Positions 46,587-59,500 of a stretch of DNA of 64,000 bases are shown here, piece by piece. Position 1 is the stretch's first letter. The number at the start of each line of letters is the position of its first letter. The DNA comes from Escherichia coli (GTDB taxonomy: Bacteria; Pseudomonadota; Gammaproteobacteria; Enterobacterales; Enterobacteriaceae): NCBI RefSeq assembly GCF_044324785.1, contig NZ_CP172127.1; one strand, given 5' to 3'. Both the position numbers and the translations under genes were made by a program. A model generated the notes under the pieces. That model searched no databases. It had not been told where the DNA came from and saw only the letters and a list, made by a program, of their open reading frames with translations.

Positions 46587-47909
46587 GTGCAACAGATAGC
46601 CCGCTCTGTCGCCCTGGCGTTTAATAATTTACCGCGACCACACCGCGTTATGTTGGGGTCGCTCACCGTTCTTACTCTGGCCGTCGCTGTCTGGCGGCCC
46701 TATGTTTATCACCGCGATGCCACGCCAATTGTCAAAACCATTGAGCTGGAACAGAACGAAATTCGTTCGCTCTTACCTGAAGCCAGTGAGCCGATTGATC
46801 AAGCTGCACAAGAAGATGAAGCCATTCCCCAGGATGAACTGGATGACAAAATCGCCGGTGAAGCGGGCGTGCATGAATATGTTGTTTCCACTGGCGATAC
46901 GCTAAGCAGCATTCTCAATCAGTATGGTATTGATATGGGTGATATCACCCAACTGGCTGCTGCCGACAAAGAATTGCGTAACCTGAAAATCGGTCAACAA
47001 CTCTCCTGGACATTAACCGCGGACGGCGAACTGCAGCGCCTCACTTGGGAAGTGTCTCGTCGTGAAACCCGAACCTATGACCGTACTGCCGCTAACGGTT
47101 TTAAAATGACCAGCGAAATGCAGCAAGGAGAGTGGGTTAACAATCTGCTGAAAGGTACCGTCGGGGGAAGCTTTGTTGCCAGCGCCAGAAACGCCGGTTT
47201 AACCAGCGCTGAAGTGAGCGCAGTGATTAAAGCCATGCAGTGGCAAATGGATTTCCGCAAACTGAAAAAAGGCGATGAATTTGCGGTGTTAATGTCACGA
47301 GAAATGCTTGATGGTAAACGTGAGCAAAGCCAGCTGCTGGGCGTACGTTTGCGTTCAGAAGGTAAAGATTATTACGCAATCCGCGCTGAAGATGGCAAAT
47401 TCTACGATCGTAACGGTACTGGTCTGGCGAAAGGATTCTTGCGATTCCCGACGGCGAAACAGTTCCGTATCTCGTCTAACTTTAACCCGCGTCGTACTAA
47501 TCCGGTGACTGGTCGTGTTGCGCCACACAGAGGTGTTGATTTCGCCATGCCACAGGGTACGCCGGTGCTTTCAGTGGGTGACGGTGAAGTGGTGGTTGCC
47601 AAACGCAGTGGCGCAGCAGGTTATTATGTGGCTATTCGTCATGGTCGCAGCTACACCACGCGTTATATGCACTTGCGCAAGATCCTGGTGAAACCGGGAC
47701 AGAAGGTGAAACGTGGCGACCGTATCGCGCTTTCCGGTAATACCGGACGTTCAACCGGGCCGCATCTGCACTATGAAGTATGGATAAACCAGCAGGCCGT
47801 AAACCCGCTGACGGCAAAACTGCCGCGTACCGAAGGGCTGACCGGCTCCGATCGTCGCGAATTCCTGGCGCAGGCCAAAGAGATTGTGCCGCAGCTACGG
47901 TTTGATTAA
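46587..47909 (+). CDS. mepM: Murein DD-endopeptidase MepM (LysM + M23 peptidase)
   Basis: ORF track 440 aa. Confidence 0.93.
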
Positions 47910-47924
47910 TTAACATCCATTCGC

Positions 47925-47956
47925 AGCCGGTACGCAGTCAGTACCGGCTTTTTTTA
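47925..47956 (+). terminator. Rho-independent terminator after mepM
   Basis: Stem agccggtac / gtaccggct followed by TTTTTTT. Confidence 0.8.
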
Positions 47957-48028
47957 TTTGGTGCGGGGCAAGTTGCGCCGCTACACTATCACCAGATTGA
48001 TTTTTGCCTTATCCGAAACTGGAAAAGC

Positions 48029-49000
48029 ATGGAAACGAAAAAAAATAATAGCGAATACATTCCTGAGTTTGATAAATCCTTTCGCCACACGCGCTACTGG
48101 GGAGCATGGCTGGGCGTAGCAGCGATGGCGGGTATCGCTTTAACGCCGCCAAAGTTTCGCGACCCCATTCTGGCACGGCTGGGACGTTTTGCCGGACGAC
48201 TGGGAAAAAGCTCACGCCGTCGTGCGTTAATCAATTTGTCGCTCTGCTTTCCAGAACGTAGTGAAGCTGAACGCGAAGCGATTGTTGATGAGATGTTTGC
48301 CACCGCGCCGCAAGCGATGGCAATGATGGCTGAGTTGGCAATACGCGGGCCGGAGAAAATTCAGCCGCGCGTTGACTGGCAAGGGCTGGAGATCATCGAA
48401 GAGATGCGACGTAATAACGAGAAAGTGATCTTTCTGGTGCCGCACGGTTGGGCCGTCGATATTCCCGCCATGCTGATGGCCTCGCAAGGGCAGAAAATGG
48501 CAGCGATGTTCCATAATCAGGGCAACCCGGTTTTTGATTATGTCTGGAACACGGTGCGTCGTCGTTTTGGCGGTCGTCTGCATGCGAGAAATGATGGTAT
48601 TAAACCATTCATCCAGTCGGTACGTCAGGGCTACTGGGGATATTATTTACCCGATCAGGATCATGGCCCAGAGCACAGCGAATTTGTTGATTTCTTTGCC
48701 ACCTATAAAGCGACGTTGCCCGCGATTGGTCGTTTGATGAAAGTGTGTCGTGCGCGCGTTGTACCGCTGTTTCCGATTTATGATGGCAAGACGCATCGCC
48801 TGACGATTCAGGTGCGCCCACCGATGGATGATCTGTTAGAGGCGGATGATCATACGATTGCGCGGCGGATGAATGAAGAAGTCGAGATTTTTGTTGGTCC
48901 GCGACCAGAACAATACACCTGGATATTAAAATTGCTGAAAACTCGCAAACCGGGCGAAATCCAACCGTATAAGCGCAAAGATCTTTATCCCATCAAATAA
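48029..49000 (+). CDS. lpxM: Lipid A myristoyltransferase LpxM (MsbB)
   Basis: ORF track 323 aa. Confidence 0.95.
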   Translation: METKKNNSEYIPEFDKSFRHTRYWGAWLGVAAMAGIALTPPKFRDPILARLGRFAGRLGKSSRRRALINLSLCFPERSEAEREAIVDEMFATAPQAMAMMAELAIRGPEKIQPRVDWQGLEIIEEMRRNNEKVIFLVPHGWAVDIPAMLMASQGQKMAAMFHNQGNPVFDYVWNTVRRRFGGRLHARNDGIKPFIQSVRQGYWGYYLPDQDHGPEHSEFVDFFATYKATLPAIGRLMKVCRARVVPLFPIYDGKTHRLTIQVRPPMDDLLEADDHTIARRMNEEVEIFVGPRPEQYTWILKLLKTRKPGEIQPYKRKDLYPIK

Positions 49001-49090
49001 AAAAAGCCTCTCGCGAGGAGAGGCTTCCGCCGTGTGATAAGTTCAAGTTTGCTTCAGAAGATTCGAAATCTGTTGAACTATCATTGAACT

Positions 49091-49125
49091 GTAGGCCGGA
49101 TGAGGCGTTTTCGCCGCATCCGGCA
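49091..49125. repeat. REP element between convergent lpxM and pykA
   Basis: gtaggccggatgaggcgttttcgccgcatccggca, near-consensus REP. Confidence 0.7.
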
Positions 49126-49131
49126 ACGTAC

Positions 49132-50574
49132 TTACTCTACCGTTAAAATACGCGTGGTATTAGTAGAACCCACGGTACTCATCACGTCGCCCTGGGTGAC
49201 AATCACCAGGTCACCAGACATCAAGTAACCTTTATCGCGCAGCAGATTAACCGCTTCGCTGGCAGCTGCTACGCCGTCATTAGCGCTATCGAAGTGCACC
49301 GGCGTAACGCCGCGATAGAGAGCAGTCAGGTTCAGCGTACGTTCATGACGTGACATGGCGAAAATCGGCAGACCGGAGCTGATACGGGAGGTCATCAGCG
49401 CGGTACGACCCGATTCGGTCATGGTGATGATCGCCGTAACGCCTTTCAGGTGGTTAGCCGCGTACATTGCTGACATGGCAATAGCTTCTTCCACATTGTC
49501 GAACTGCACGTCCAGACGGTGTTTAGAAACGTTGATGCTCGGGATTTTTTCCGCACCCAGGCAAACGCGCGCCATGGCTGCAACAGTTTCTGAAGGATAC
49601 TGACCAGCAGCAGTTTCTGCGGACAGCATCACAGCGTCAGTACCATCCAGAACGGCGTTTGCTACGTCCATGACTTCTGCACGCGTCGGCATCGGGTTAG
49701 TAATCATTGACTCCATCATCTGGGTCGCCGTGATTACTGCGCGGTTAAGCTGACGCGCACGACGGATCAATGCTTTCTGAATGCCGACCAGTTCCGGATC
49801 GCCAATTTCCACACCGAGGTCGCCGCGAGCAACCATTACCACGTCAGAGGCGAGGATGATGTCATCCATTGCATCCTGGCTGCAAACGGCTTCCGCACGT
49901 TCAACCTTGGCAACAATTTTCGCATCACATCCTGCATCGCGTGCCAGCCGACGGGCATAGTTCAGATCTTCGCCGCAGCGTGGGAAGGAGACAGCCAGGT
50001 AATCTACGCCAATTAACGCCGCAGTCTTAATGTCTGCTTTGTCTTTTTCGGTCAGCGCTTCAGCCGACAAACCGCCGCCAAGTTTGTTGATACCTTTATT
50101 GTTGGAGAGGGGACCACCGACGGTCACTTCGGTGAACACTTTCATACCCTGAACTTCCAGTACTTTTAACTGAACGCGACCATCGTCCAGCAGCAGGATG
50201 TCACCAGGCACAACGTCAGCAGGCAGGCCTTTGTAGTCGATACCGACTTTTTCTTTGTCGCCTTCACCTTTACCCAGGTTGGCGTCGAGCAGGAATTTAT
50301 CCCCGATATTGAGGAAAACTTTGCCTTCTTTAAAGGTGGATACACGGATTTTGGGCCCCTGGAGGTCACCCAGAATAGCCACATGACGCCCCAGTTTTGC
50401 GGCAATCTCACGAACTTTATCCGCGCGCATTTTGTGATCTTCAGGCGAGCCGTGAGAAAAGTTCATACGTACAACGTTTGCACCCGCTGCGATAACTTTT
50501 TCAAGGTTATTATCGCGATCTGTTGCTGGGCCTAACGTGGTAACGATTTTTGTTCTGCGAAGCCTTCTGGACAT
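49132..50574 (-). CDS. pykA: Pyruvate kinase II PykA
   Basis: ORF track 49132..50715; start [19 protein letters not shown] at 50574 (480 aa). Confidence 0.95.
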
Positions 50575-50701
50575 GTAATACTCCGTTGACTGAAACAACC
50601 AGGTGTTGCTTGAACATGAAATCCGAATGAAATAACGCCGCGATGGCGATAAATTAATCTCATTCGGATGTCGTATAAGATTAGAACAGTGACAGTCGCT
50701 T

Positions 50702-51571
50702 TTAGCGATCGTCACTTAAATTAAGTAACTGCTTATCAAAACGCGATTCCTTCAGCGCTTCCTTGACCCGCTTCAAGTTATCTCTGAATTTTGCACCGCG
50801 TCGCAAAGTAAATCCTGTCGCCAGCACATCTATCACGGTCAGCTGTGCAAGTCGAGAAACCATGGGCATATAAATGTCAGTATCTTCCGGTACGTCGAGG
50901 GTAATTGCCAGCGTTGCTTCCCGGGCGAGCGGGGTACCCGCAGAGGTGAGGGCAATCACCATGGCGTCGTTTTCGCGAGCCAGCTGCGCCAGCTCGACCA
51001 GATTTTTTGTTCTTCCAGTGTGAGAAATCAGCACCACCACGTCTCCGTCGCTACAATTCATACAACTCATGCGTTGCAGCACGATATCATCGGAGTACAC
51101 CACCGGAACATTAAAACGAAAGAACTTATTCATCGCATCGTGGGCAACGGCGGCTGAAGAGCCTAATCCGAAAAAGGCGATTTTTTTTGCCTGAGTGAGC
51201 AAGTCGACGGCGCGGTTGATGGCAGATTTATCCAGTGAATGACGGACATGATCGAGCGTTGCCATTGCGGACTCAAATATTTTCCCCGTGTATGATTCAA
51301 CGCTGTCATCTTCATTGACGTTGCGATTAACATAGGGAGTGCCATTCGCCAGACTTTGTGCCAGATGAAGTTTAAAATCAGGAAAACCGCGCGTGTCCAT
51401 GCTGCGACAGAAACGATTCACCGTCGGTTCGCTAACATTGGCTTCCAGCGCCAGAGCAGCAATACTCGAATGGATCGCGTTATCGGGCGAAGCCAGAATG
51501 ACCTCGGCAACTTTGCGCTCTGATTTGCTCAAATGTTCCAGCTGAGACTGGATTTTTTCCAGCATATTCAT
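50702..51571 (-). CDS. hexR: RpiR-family transcriptional regulator HexR
   Basis: ORF track 289 aa; HTH + SIS domain. Confidence 0.93.
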
Positions 51572-51908
51572 GATGTAAAGAGACTCACGGGTAATGACGA
51601 TTTCCGCACTGAAAGAAATCGAAATGCAGTTTTGTCAGATATTACGCCTGTGTGCTGTGTTAATGACAAAAGCAGATAAAAAAGTTGTTATTTTTTTTCA
51701 TAACATGATCAGTGTCAGATTTTTACCCAATGGAAAACGATGATTTTTTTATCAGTTTTGCCGCACTTTGCGCGCTTTTACCGTAATCGCACGGGTGGAT
51801 AAGCGTTTACAGTTTTCGCAAGCTCGTAAAAGCAGTACAGTGCACCGTAAGAAAATTACAAGTATACCCTGGCTTAAGTACCGGGATAGTTAACTTAAGG
51901 AGAATGAC

Positions 51909-53384
51909 ATGGCGGTAACGCAAACAGCCCAGGCCTGTGACCTGGTCATTTTCGGCGCGAAAGGCGACCTTGCGCGTCGTAAATTGCTGCCTTCCCTGTA
52001 TCAACTGGAAAAAGCCGGTCAGCTCAACCCGGACACCCGGATTATCGGCGTAGGGCGTGCTGACTGGGATAAAGCGGCTTATACCAAAGTTGTCCGCGAG
52101 GCGCTCGAAACTTTCATGAAAGAAACCATTGATGAAGGTTTATGGGACACCCTGAGTGCACGTCTGGATTTTTGTAATCTCGATGTCAATGACACTGCTG
52201 CATTCAGCCGTCTCGGCGCGATGCTGGATCAAAAAAATCGTATCACCATTAACTACTTTGCCATGCCGCCCAGCACTTTTGGCGCAATTTGCAAAGGGCT
52301 TGGTGAGGCAAAACTGAATGCTAAACCGGCACGCGTAGTCATGGAGAAACCGCTGGGGACGTCGCTGGCGACCTCGCAGGAAATCAATGATCAGGTTGGC
52401 GAATACTTCGAGGAGTGCCAGGTTTACCGTATCGACCACTATCTTGGTAAAGAAACGGTGCTGAACCTGTTGGCGCTGCGTTTTGCTAACTCCCTGTTTG
52501 TGAATAACTGGGACAATCGCACCATTGATCATGTTGAGATTACCGTGGCAGAAGAAGTGGGGATCGAAGGGCGCTGGGGCTATTTTGATAAAGCCGGTCA
52601 GATGCGCGACATGATCCAGAACCACCTGCTGCAAATTCTTTGCATGATTGCGATGTCTCCGCCGTCTGACCTGAGTGCAGACAGCATCCGCGATGAAAAA
52701 GTGAAAGTACTGAAGTCTCTGCGCCGCATTGACCGCTCCAACGTGCGCGAAAAAACCGTACGCGGGCAATATACAGCGGGCTTCGCCCAGGGCAAAAAAG
52801 TGCCGGGATATCTGGAAGAAGAGGGCGCGAACAAGAGCAGCAATACAGAAACCTTCGTGGCGATCCGCGTCGACATTGATAACTGGCGCTGGGCCGGTGT
52901 GCCATTCTACCTGCGTACTGGTAAACGTCTGCCGACCAAATGTTCTGAAGTCGTGGTCTATTTCAAAACACCTGAACTGAATCTGTTTAAAGAGTCTTGG
53001 CAGGATCTGCCGCAGAATAAACTGACTATCCGTCTGCAACCTGATGAAGGCGTGGATATCCAGGTACTAAATAAAGTTCCTGGCCTTGACCATAAACATA
53101 ACCTGCAAATCACCAAGCTGGATCTGAGCTATTCAGAAACCTTTAATCAAACGCATCTGGCAGATGCCTATGAACGTCTGCTGCTGGAAACCATGCGTGG
53201 TATTCAGGCACTGTTCGTACGTCGCGATGAAGTGGAAGAAGCCTGGAAATGGGTAGACTCCATTACTGAAGCGTGGGCGATGGACAATGATGCGCCGAAA
53301 CCGTATCAGGCCGGAACCTGGGGACCCGTTGCCTCAGTGGCGATGATTACCCGTGATGGTCGTTCCTGGAATGAGTTTGAGTAA
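51909..53384 (+). CDS. zwf: Glucose-6-phosphate 1-dehydrogenase Zwf
   Basis: ORF track 491 aa. Confidence 0.97.
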   Translation: MAVTQTAQACDLVIFGAKGDLARRKLLPSLYQLEKAGQLNPDTRIIGVGRADWDKAAYTKVVREALETFMKETIDEGLWDTLSARLDFCNLDVNDTAAFSRLGAMLDQKNRITINYFAMPPSTFGAICKGLGEAKLNAKPARVVMEKPLGTSLATSQEINDQVGEYFEECQVYRIDHYLGKETVLNLLALRFANSLFVNNWDNRTIDHVEITVAEEVGIEGRWGYFDKAGQMRDMIQNHLLQILCMIAMSPPSDLSADSIRDEKVKVLKSLRRIDRSNVREKTVRGQYTAGFAQGKKVPGYLEEEGANKSSNTETFVAIRVDIDNWRWAGVPFYLRTGKRLPTKCSEVVVYFKTPELNLFKESWQDLPQNKLTIRLQPDEGVDIQVLNKVPGLDHKHNLQITKLDLSYSETFNQTHLADAYERLLLETMRGIQALFVRRDEVEEAWKWVDSITEAWAMDNDAPKPYQAGTWGPVASVAMITRDGRSWNEFE

Positions 53385-53410
53385 TATCTGCGCTCATCCT
53401 TTATGGTTAT

Positions 53411-53424
53411 TTTACCGGTAACAT
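53411..53424. promoter_or_regulatory. Perfect palindrome TTACCGGTAA (possible GntR-type operator) downstream of zwf / upstream of edd
   Basis: tttaccggtaacat contains a 10-bp perfect palindrome; the edd-eda operon is gluconate/GntR controlled; operator assignment is from memory and unverified. Confidence 0.4.
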
Positions 53425-53463
53425 GATCTTGCACAGATTGTAGAACAATTTTTACACTTTCAG

Positions 53464-53497
53464 GCCTCGTGCGGATTCACCCACGAGGCTTTTTTTA
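53464..53497 (+). terminator. Rho-independent terminator after zwf
   Basis: Stem gcctcgtg / cacgaggc followed by TTTTTTT. Confidence 0.75.
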
Positions 53498-53618
53498 TTA
53501 CACTGACTGAAACGTTTTTGCCCTATGAGCTCCGGTTACAGGCGTTTCAGTCATAAATCCTCTGAATGAAACGCGTTGTGAATCATCCTGCTCTGACAAC
53601 TCAATTTCAGGAGCCTTT

Positions 53619-55430
53619 ATGAACCCACAATTGTTACGCGTAACAAATCGAATCATTGAACGTTCGCGCGAGACTCGCTCTGCTTATCTCGCCCGGATAG
53701 AACAAGCGAAAACTTCGACCGTTCATCGTTCGCAGTTGGCATGCGGTAACCTGGCACACGGTTTCGCTGCCTGCCAGCCAGAAGACAAAGCCTCTTTGAA
53801 AAGCATGTTGCGTAACAATATCGCCATCATCACCTCCTATAACGACATGCTCTCCGCTCACCAGCCTTATGAACACTATCCAGAAATCATTCGTAAAGCC
53901 CTGCATGAAGCAAATGCGGTTGGTCAGGTTGCGGGCGGTGTTCCGGCGATGTGTGATGGTGTCACCCAGGGGCAGGATGGAATGGAATTGTCGCTGTTAA
54001 GCCGCGAAGTGATTGCGATGTCTGCGGCGGTGGGGCTGTCCCATAACATGTTTGATGGTGCGCTGTTCCTCGGTGTGTGCGACAAGATTGTCCCGGGTCT
54101 GACGATGGCAGCCCTGTCGTTTGGGCATTTGCCTGCGGTGTTTGTGCCGTCTGGACCGATGGCAAGCGGTTTGCCAAATAAAGAAAAAGTGCGTATTCGC
54201 CAGCTTTATGCCGAAGGTAAAGTGGACCGCATGGCATTACTGGAGTCAGAGGCCGCGTCTTATCATGCGCCGGGAACATGTACTTTCTACGGTACTGCCA
54301 ACACCAACCAGATGGTGGTGGAGTTTATGGGGATGCAGTTGCCAGGCTCTTCTTTTGTTCATCCGGACTCTCCGCTGCGCGATGCTTTGACCGCTGCAGC
54401 TGCGCGCCAGGTTACGCGCATGACCGGTAATGGTAATGAATGGATGCCGATCGGTAAGATGATCGATGAGAAAGTGGTGGTGAACGGTATCGTTGCACTG
54501 CTGGCGACCGGTGGTTCCACTAACCACACAATGCACCTGGTGGCGATGGCACGCGCGGCCGGTATTCAGATTAACTGGGATGACTTCTCTGACCTTTCTG
54601 ATGTTGTACCGCTGATGGCACGTCTCTACCCGAACGGTCCGGCCGATATTAACCACTTCCAGGCGGCAGGTGGCGTACCGGTTCTGGTGCGTGAACTGCT
54701 CAAAGCAGGCCTGCTGCATGAAGATGTCAATACGGTGGCAGGCTTTGGTCTGTCTCGTTATACCCTTGAACCATGGCTGAATAATGGTGAACTGGACTGG
54801 CGGGAAGGGGCGGAAAAATCACTCGACAGCAATGTGATCGCTTCCTTCGAACAACCTTTCTCTCATCATGGTGGGACAAAAGTGTTAAGCGGTAACCTGG
54901 GCCGTGCGGTTATGAAAACCTCTGCCGTGCCGGTTGAGAACCAGGTGATTGAAGCGCCTGCGGTTGTTTTTGAAAGCCAGCATGACGTTATGCCGGCCTT
55001 TGAAGCGGGTTTGCTGGACCGCGATTGTGTCGTTGTTGTCCGTCATCAGGGGCCAAAAGCGAACGGAATGCCAGAATTACATAAACTCATGCCGCCACTT
55101 GGTGTATTATTGGACCGGTGTTTCAAAATTGCGTTAGTTACTGATGGACGACTCTCCGGCGCTTCAGGTAAAGTGCCGTCAGCTATCCACGTAACACCAG
55201 AAGCCTACGATGGCGGGCTGCTGGCAAAAGTGCGCGACGGGGACATCATTCGTGTGAATGGACAGACAGGCGAACTGACGCTGCTGGTAGACGAAGCGGA
55301 ACTGGCTGCTCGCGAACCACACATTCCTGACCTGAGCGCGTCACGCGTGGGAACAGGACGTGAATTATTCAGCGCCTTGCGTGAAAAACTGTCCGGTGCC
55401 GAACAGGGCGCAACCTGTATCACTTTTTAA
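53619..55430 (+). CDS. edd: Phosphogluconate dehydratase Edd (Entner-Doudoroff)
   Basis: ORF track 603 aa. Confidence 0.97.
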   Translation: MNPQLLRVTNRIIERSRETRSAYLARIEQAKTSTVHRSQLACGNLAHGFAACQPEDKASLKSMLRNNIAIITSYNDMLSAHQPYEHYPEIIRKALHEANAVGQVAGGVPAMCDGVTQGQDGMELSLLSREVIAMSAAVGLSHNMFDGALFLGVCDKIVPGLTMAALSFGHLPAVFVPSGPMASGLPNKEKVRIRQLYAEGKVDRMALLESEAASYHAPGTCTFYGTANTNQMVVEFMGMQLPGSSFVHPDSPLRDALTAAAARQVTRMTGNGNEWMPIGKMIDEKVVVNGIVALLATGGSTNHTMHLVAMARAAGIQINWDDFSDLSDVVPLMARLYPNGPADINHFQAAGGVPVLVRELLKAGLLHEDVNTVAGFGLSRYTLEPWLNNGELDWREGAEKSLDSNVIASFEQPFSHHGGTKVLSGNLGRAVMKTSAVPVENQVIEAPAVVFESQHDVMPAFEAGLLDRDCVVVVRHQGPKANGMPELHKLMPPLGVLLDRCFKIALVTDGRLSGASGKVPSAIHVTPEAYDGGLLAKVRDGDIIRVNGQTGELTLLVDEAELAAREPHIPDLSASRVGTGRELFSALREKLSGAEQGATCITF

Positions 55431-55466
55431 GACGACAAATTTGTAATCAGGCGAGAGAAAACTCTG

Positions 55467-56108
55467 ATGAAAAACTGGAAAACAAGTGCAGAATCAATCC
55501 TGACCACCGGCCCGGTTGTACCGGTTATCGTGGTAAAAAAACTGGAACACGCGGTGCCGATGGCAAAAGCGTTGGTTGCTGGTGGGGTGCGCGTTCTGGA
55601 AGTGACTCTGCGTACCGAGTGTGCAGTTGACGCTATCCGTGCTATCGCCAAAGAAGTGCCTGAAGCGATTGTGGGTGCCGGTACGGTGCTGAATCCACAG
55701 CAGCTGGCAGAAGTCACCGAAGCGGGTGCACAGTTCGCAATTAGCCCGGGGCTGACCGAGCCGCTGCTGAAGGCTGCTACCGAAGGGACTATTCCTCTGA
55801 TTCCGGGGATCAGCACTGTTTCCGAACTGATGCTGGGTATGGACTACGGTTTGAAAGAGTTCAAATTCTTCCCGGCTGAAGCTAACGGCGGTGTGAAAGC
55901 CCTGCAGGCGATCGCGGGTCCGTTCTCCCAGGTCCGTTTCTGCCCGACGGGTGGTATTTCTCCGGCTAACTACCGTGACTACCTGGCGCTGAAAAGCGTG
56001 CTGTGCATCGGTGGTTCCTGGCTGGTTCCGGCAGATGCGCTGGAAGCGGGCGATTACGACCGCATTACTAAGCTGGCGCGTGAAGCTGTAGAAGGCGCTA
56101 AGCTGTAA
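55467..56108 (+). CDS. eda: KHG/KDPG aldolase Eda
   Basis: ORF track 213 aa. Confidence 0.97.
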
Positions 56109-56113
56109 AAGTC

Positions 56114-56143
56114 AAAATGCCCGATCGAGGATCGGGCATTTTT
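56114..56143. terminator. Bidirectional rho-independent terminator between convergent eda and purT
   Basis: A-tract, stem atgcccgatc / gatcgggcat, T-tract. Confidence 0.8.
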
Positions 56144-56162
56144 GTAGCGTTTTTCGCCGGGG

Positions 56163-57341
56163 TTAAGCTTGTACTTTTATCTGTGCTGCGGCGTGCTTTG
56201 CGCGCTCAATCGCTTCATCAACACTCTCTGCAGTAGCCAGTGCCACCCCCAGACGACGGCTGCCATCAATTTCCGGCTTACCAAATAAACGAATCTGTAG
56301 GCCTGCGCCTACGGCATTCTGCACATTATCAAACGTGACATTCTGACTGGTCAGTTGTGGCAGGATAACGGCAGAAGCTGCAGGACCATACTGACGGATC
56401 CCGCCAACCGGAAGTCCGAGGAAGGCACGTACATGCAGGGCAAACTCCGAGAGATCCTGAGAAATTAACGTCACCATCCCGGTATCATGTGGGCGAGGGG
56501 AGACCTCACTGAAAATCACCTCATCACCACAGACAAACAGCTCGACACCAAACAGACCATAACCGCCCAGTGCCAGCACCACTTTACGGGCAATCTCTTG
56601 CGCACGCTCCAGAGCAAGCGGGCTCATTTGCTGTGGTTGCCAGGATTCACGGTAGTCGCCATCTTCCTGGCGATGACCTACCGGTGCACAGAAATGGACG
56701 CCATCCACCGCGCTGACGGTTAGCAGGGTAATTTCGAAGTCAAACTTAACGACGCCTTCAACAATTACGCGGCCCGCTCCGGCGCGACCGCCTTGCTGAG
56801 CGTACTCCCATGCCTGAGCAAGTTGCTCTGCAGAGCGAATAAACGTCTGCCCCTTGCCGGAGGAACTCATCACCGGTTTAACAATACAGGGGTAGCCAAT
56901 GGCGGCAACCGCCTCGCGGAAAAGGTTTTCGCTATCGGCAAAACGATAAGTGGAAGTGGGCAGCTGCAGCTCTTCTGCCGCCAGGCGACGAATACCCTCG
57001 CGATTCATCGTTAATTTCGTTGCGCGAGCGCAGGGGACAACATTCAGCCCTTCCTCTTCAAGTTGGATCAGCATATCGGTGGCAATAGCTTCGATCTCCG
57101 GCATGATATAATGTGGTTTTTCCAGTTCAACCACACGGCGTAATGCATCACCATCAAGCATATTAATGACATGGGAGCGATGCGCGACATGCATGGCTGG
57201 TGCGTCGGCATAGCGATCAACGGCAATCACTTCTACGCCGAGACGCTGACACTCGATTGCCACTTCTTTACCCAGTTCACCGGAGCCTAATAACATCACG
57301 CGAGTTGCTGCCGGACGCAGCGCAGTGCCTAATAACGTCAT
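56163..57341 (-). CDS. purT: Formate-dependent phosphoribosylglycinamide formyltransferase PurT
   Basis: ORF track 392 aa; ATP-grasp. Confidence 0.95.
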   Translation of the reverse strand: MTLLGTALRPAATRVMLLGSGELGKEVAIECQRLGVEVIAVDRYADAPAMHVAHRSHVINMLDGDALRRVVELEKPHYIMPEIEAIATDMLIQLEEEGLNVVPCARATKLTMNREGIRRLAAEELQLPTSTYRFADSENLFREAVAAIGYPCIVKPVMSSSGKGQTFIRSAEQLAQAWEYAQQGGRAGAGRVIVEGVVKFDFEITLLTVSAVDGVHFCAPVGHRQEDGDYRESWQPQQMSPLALERAQEIARKVVLALGGYGLFGVELFVCGDEVIFSEVSPRPHDTGMVTLISQDLSEFALHVRAFLGLPVGGIRQYGPAASAVILPQLTSQNVTFDNVQNAVGAGLQIRLFGKPEIDGSRRLGVALATAESVDEAIERAKHAAAQIKVQA

Positions 57342-57378
57342 AACGAATATCCCCTGATTAATTCCGCGCGCAGTATAA

Positions 57379-57394
57379 ACGAAAACGTTTGCGC
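57379..57394. promoter_or_regulatory. PurR operator (PUR box) upstream of purT
   Basis: acgaaaacgtttgcgc matches the ACGCAAACGTTTTCGT-type palindrome. Confidence 0.7.
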
Positions 57395-57437
57395 GTGTCT
57401 TTATTGCTGATGTTGATTTCCCAACCGAAAAGAAATA

Positions 57438-57457
57438 TACTGTATAAAATCACAGTT
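57438..57457. promoter_or_regulatory. LexA (SOS) box upstream of yebG: CTGT-N8-ACAG
   Basis: tactgtataaaatcacagtt, 18 bp upstream of the yebG start. Confidence 0.8.
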
Positions 57458-57474
57458 ATTATGAGAGGCTGCAA

Positions 57475-57765
57475 ATGGCGGTTGAAGTTAAATACGTAGT
57501 CATTCGTGAGGGCGAAGAGAAAATGTCGTTTACCAGCAAAAAGGAAGCCGATGCTTATGACAAAATGCTTGATACGGCGGATCTGCTTGACACCTGGCTG
57601 ACAAATTCTCCAGTGCAAATGGAAGACGAGCAACGTGAAGCCCTTTCGCTATGGCTGGCAGAACAAAAAGATGTGCTGAGCACCATTCTGAAAACCGGCA
57701 AATTACCGTCCCCACAGGTCGTCGGTGCTGAATCCGAAGAGGAAGATGCCTCACACGCGGCCTGA
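57475..57765 (+). CDS. yebG: DNA damage-inducible protein YebG
   Basis: ORF track 96 aa. Confidence 0.92.
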   Translation: MAVEVKYVVIREGEEKMSFTSKKEADAYDKMLDTADLLDTWLTNSPVQMEDEQREALSLWLAEQKDVLSTILKTGKLPSPQVVGAESEEEDASHAA

Positions 57766-57783
57766 AGCAACTTGCGCTCCTGA

Positions 57784-58188
<405 letters not shown>

Positions 58189-58514
58189 TGGCCTCTGATA
58201 ATTCGATTGACCGTCGGCGGATGCGGCGCGAGTGCCTGGTCCGCCCTACAAGGCACCTCAATCGGAGGCCTGAGAAGACGCAACAGCGTCGCATCGGGCA
58301 ATCAGCATCAAACAATGCCACTCAAAACGTCAAATTACTTTCACCTAAAATACCCTTATCACCTGATATACAGTGAACACCTTACCTGGCGCGAATTTCT
58401 TTGAATAACGGCCTGCCGACCCGCTTATTTGCGCATCTTTTGTCTCGATATACATTTTCTGACATCCTCATCCGCTATGCTACAGGCACTAAAAATGGTT
58501 ATTGAGGAGCAAAT

Positions 58515-59174
58515 ATGGCTAACTGGTTAAATCAACTGCAATCCCTGCTTGGGCAAAGCAGTTCTTCTACCTCCTCGTCTGCGGATCAGGGATTGGGCAA
58601 ACTTTTAGTGCCTGGCGCATTAGGCGGACTGGCTGGGCTGCTGGTCGCAAATAAATCAGCACGTAAACTTCTTACGAAATATGGCACCAACGCGTTGCTG
58701 GTTGGCGGCGGAGCGGTAGCGGGTACGGTGCTGTGGAATAAATACAAAGATAAAATTCGCGCGGCGCATCAGGACGAACCGCAGTTTGGCGTGCAGAGTA
58801 CGCCGCTGGATGAGCGTACGAAACGTTTGATCCTTGCGCTGGTCTTTGCCGCTAAAAGTGATGGTCATATTGATGCCAAAGAACGTGCGGCAATCGACCA
58901 GCAATTGCGTGAAGCCGGCGTGGAAGAGCAGGGGCGTGTACTCATTGAGCAGGCAATCGAACAACCGCTGGATCCACAACGCCTGGCTACCGGGGTCCGC
59001 AATGAAGAAGAGGCGTTGGAAATCTATTTCCTGAGCTGCGCGGCTATTGATATTGACCATTTTATGGAACGCAGTTACCTGAATGCACTGGGTGACGCGC
59101 TGAAAATCCCGCAGGATGTTCGTGAAGGCATTGAACGCGATCTCGAACAGCAAAAACGCACTTTGGCGGAATAA
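58515..59174 (+). CDS. yebE: DUF533-family inner membrane protein YebE
   Basis: ORF track 219 aa. Confidence 0.9.
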   Translation: MANWLNQLQSLLGQSSSSTSSSADQGLGKLLVPGALGGLAGLLVANKSARKLLTKYGTNALLVGGGAVAGTVLWNKYKDKIRAAHQDEPQFGVQSTPLDERTKRLILALVFAAKSDGHIDAKERAAIDQQLREAGVEEQGRVLIEQAIEQPLDPQRLATGVRNEEEALEIYFLSCAAIDIDHFMERSYLNALGDALKIPQDVREGIERDLEQQKRTLAE

Positions 59175-59182
59175 TTCCGCTC

Positions 59183-59219
59183 TCTGGATAGCCTGAAGTT
59201 GACGATTTCGGGCTATCCA
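59183..59219. terminator. Hairpin immediately downstream of yebE (tctggatagcc ... ggctatccaga), no clear T-tract
   Basis: 11-bp inverted repeat read from sequence. Confidence 0.45.
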
Positions 59220-59280
59220 GAACCGCACAGCCATTTGAGCAGGCTGATTTTCTCTGTCTGCATAACATTCGATATCCGCG

Positions 59281-59500
59281 CCATTACCTGTCATCATGTG
59301 ACTGCTCCCCGCCCTGTCGGGCGAGGCTTCCCACTTCTTAAGCCGCAACCGTCTGTGTGACGGATTTACGCTGGCCTCCATGGGCAGAAACGACGAGTCC
59401 CGCCGCTTGTAATTCCAGTATGCCCTTGCGTTTGATGTTGAGCGCCGCGTTGATATCGCGGTCATGTTCAACTCCACACTCTGGACACTGCCAGATGCGC
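59281..59500 (-). ncRNA. Predicted TnpB guide RNA (omegaRNA / right-end RNA): scaffold overlapping the tnpB 3' end and right-end hairpin, guide from adjacent flank
   Basis: Inferred from the established architecture of TnpB systems (omegaRNA encoded at the tnpB 3' end through the IS right end); not directly visible as a gene; boundaries are approximate. Confidence 0.3.
59307..59326. repeat. Subterminal imperfect hairpin at the tnpB-proximal IS end (ccccgccc tgtc gggcgagg)
   Basis: 5-bp GC stem + mismatch + 2 bp; same motif and orientation as the hairpin at the other end. Confidence 0.7.
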
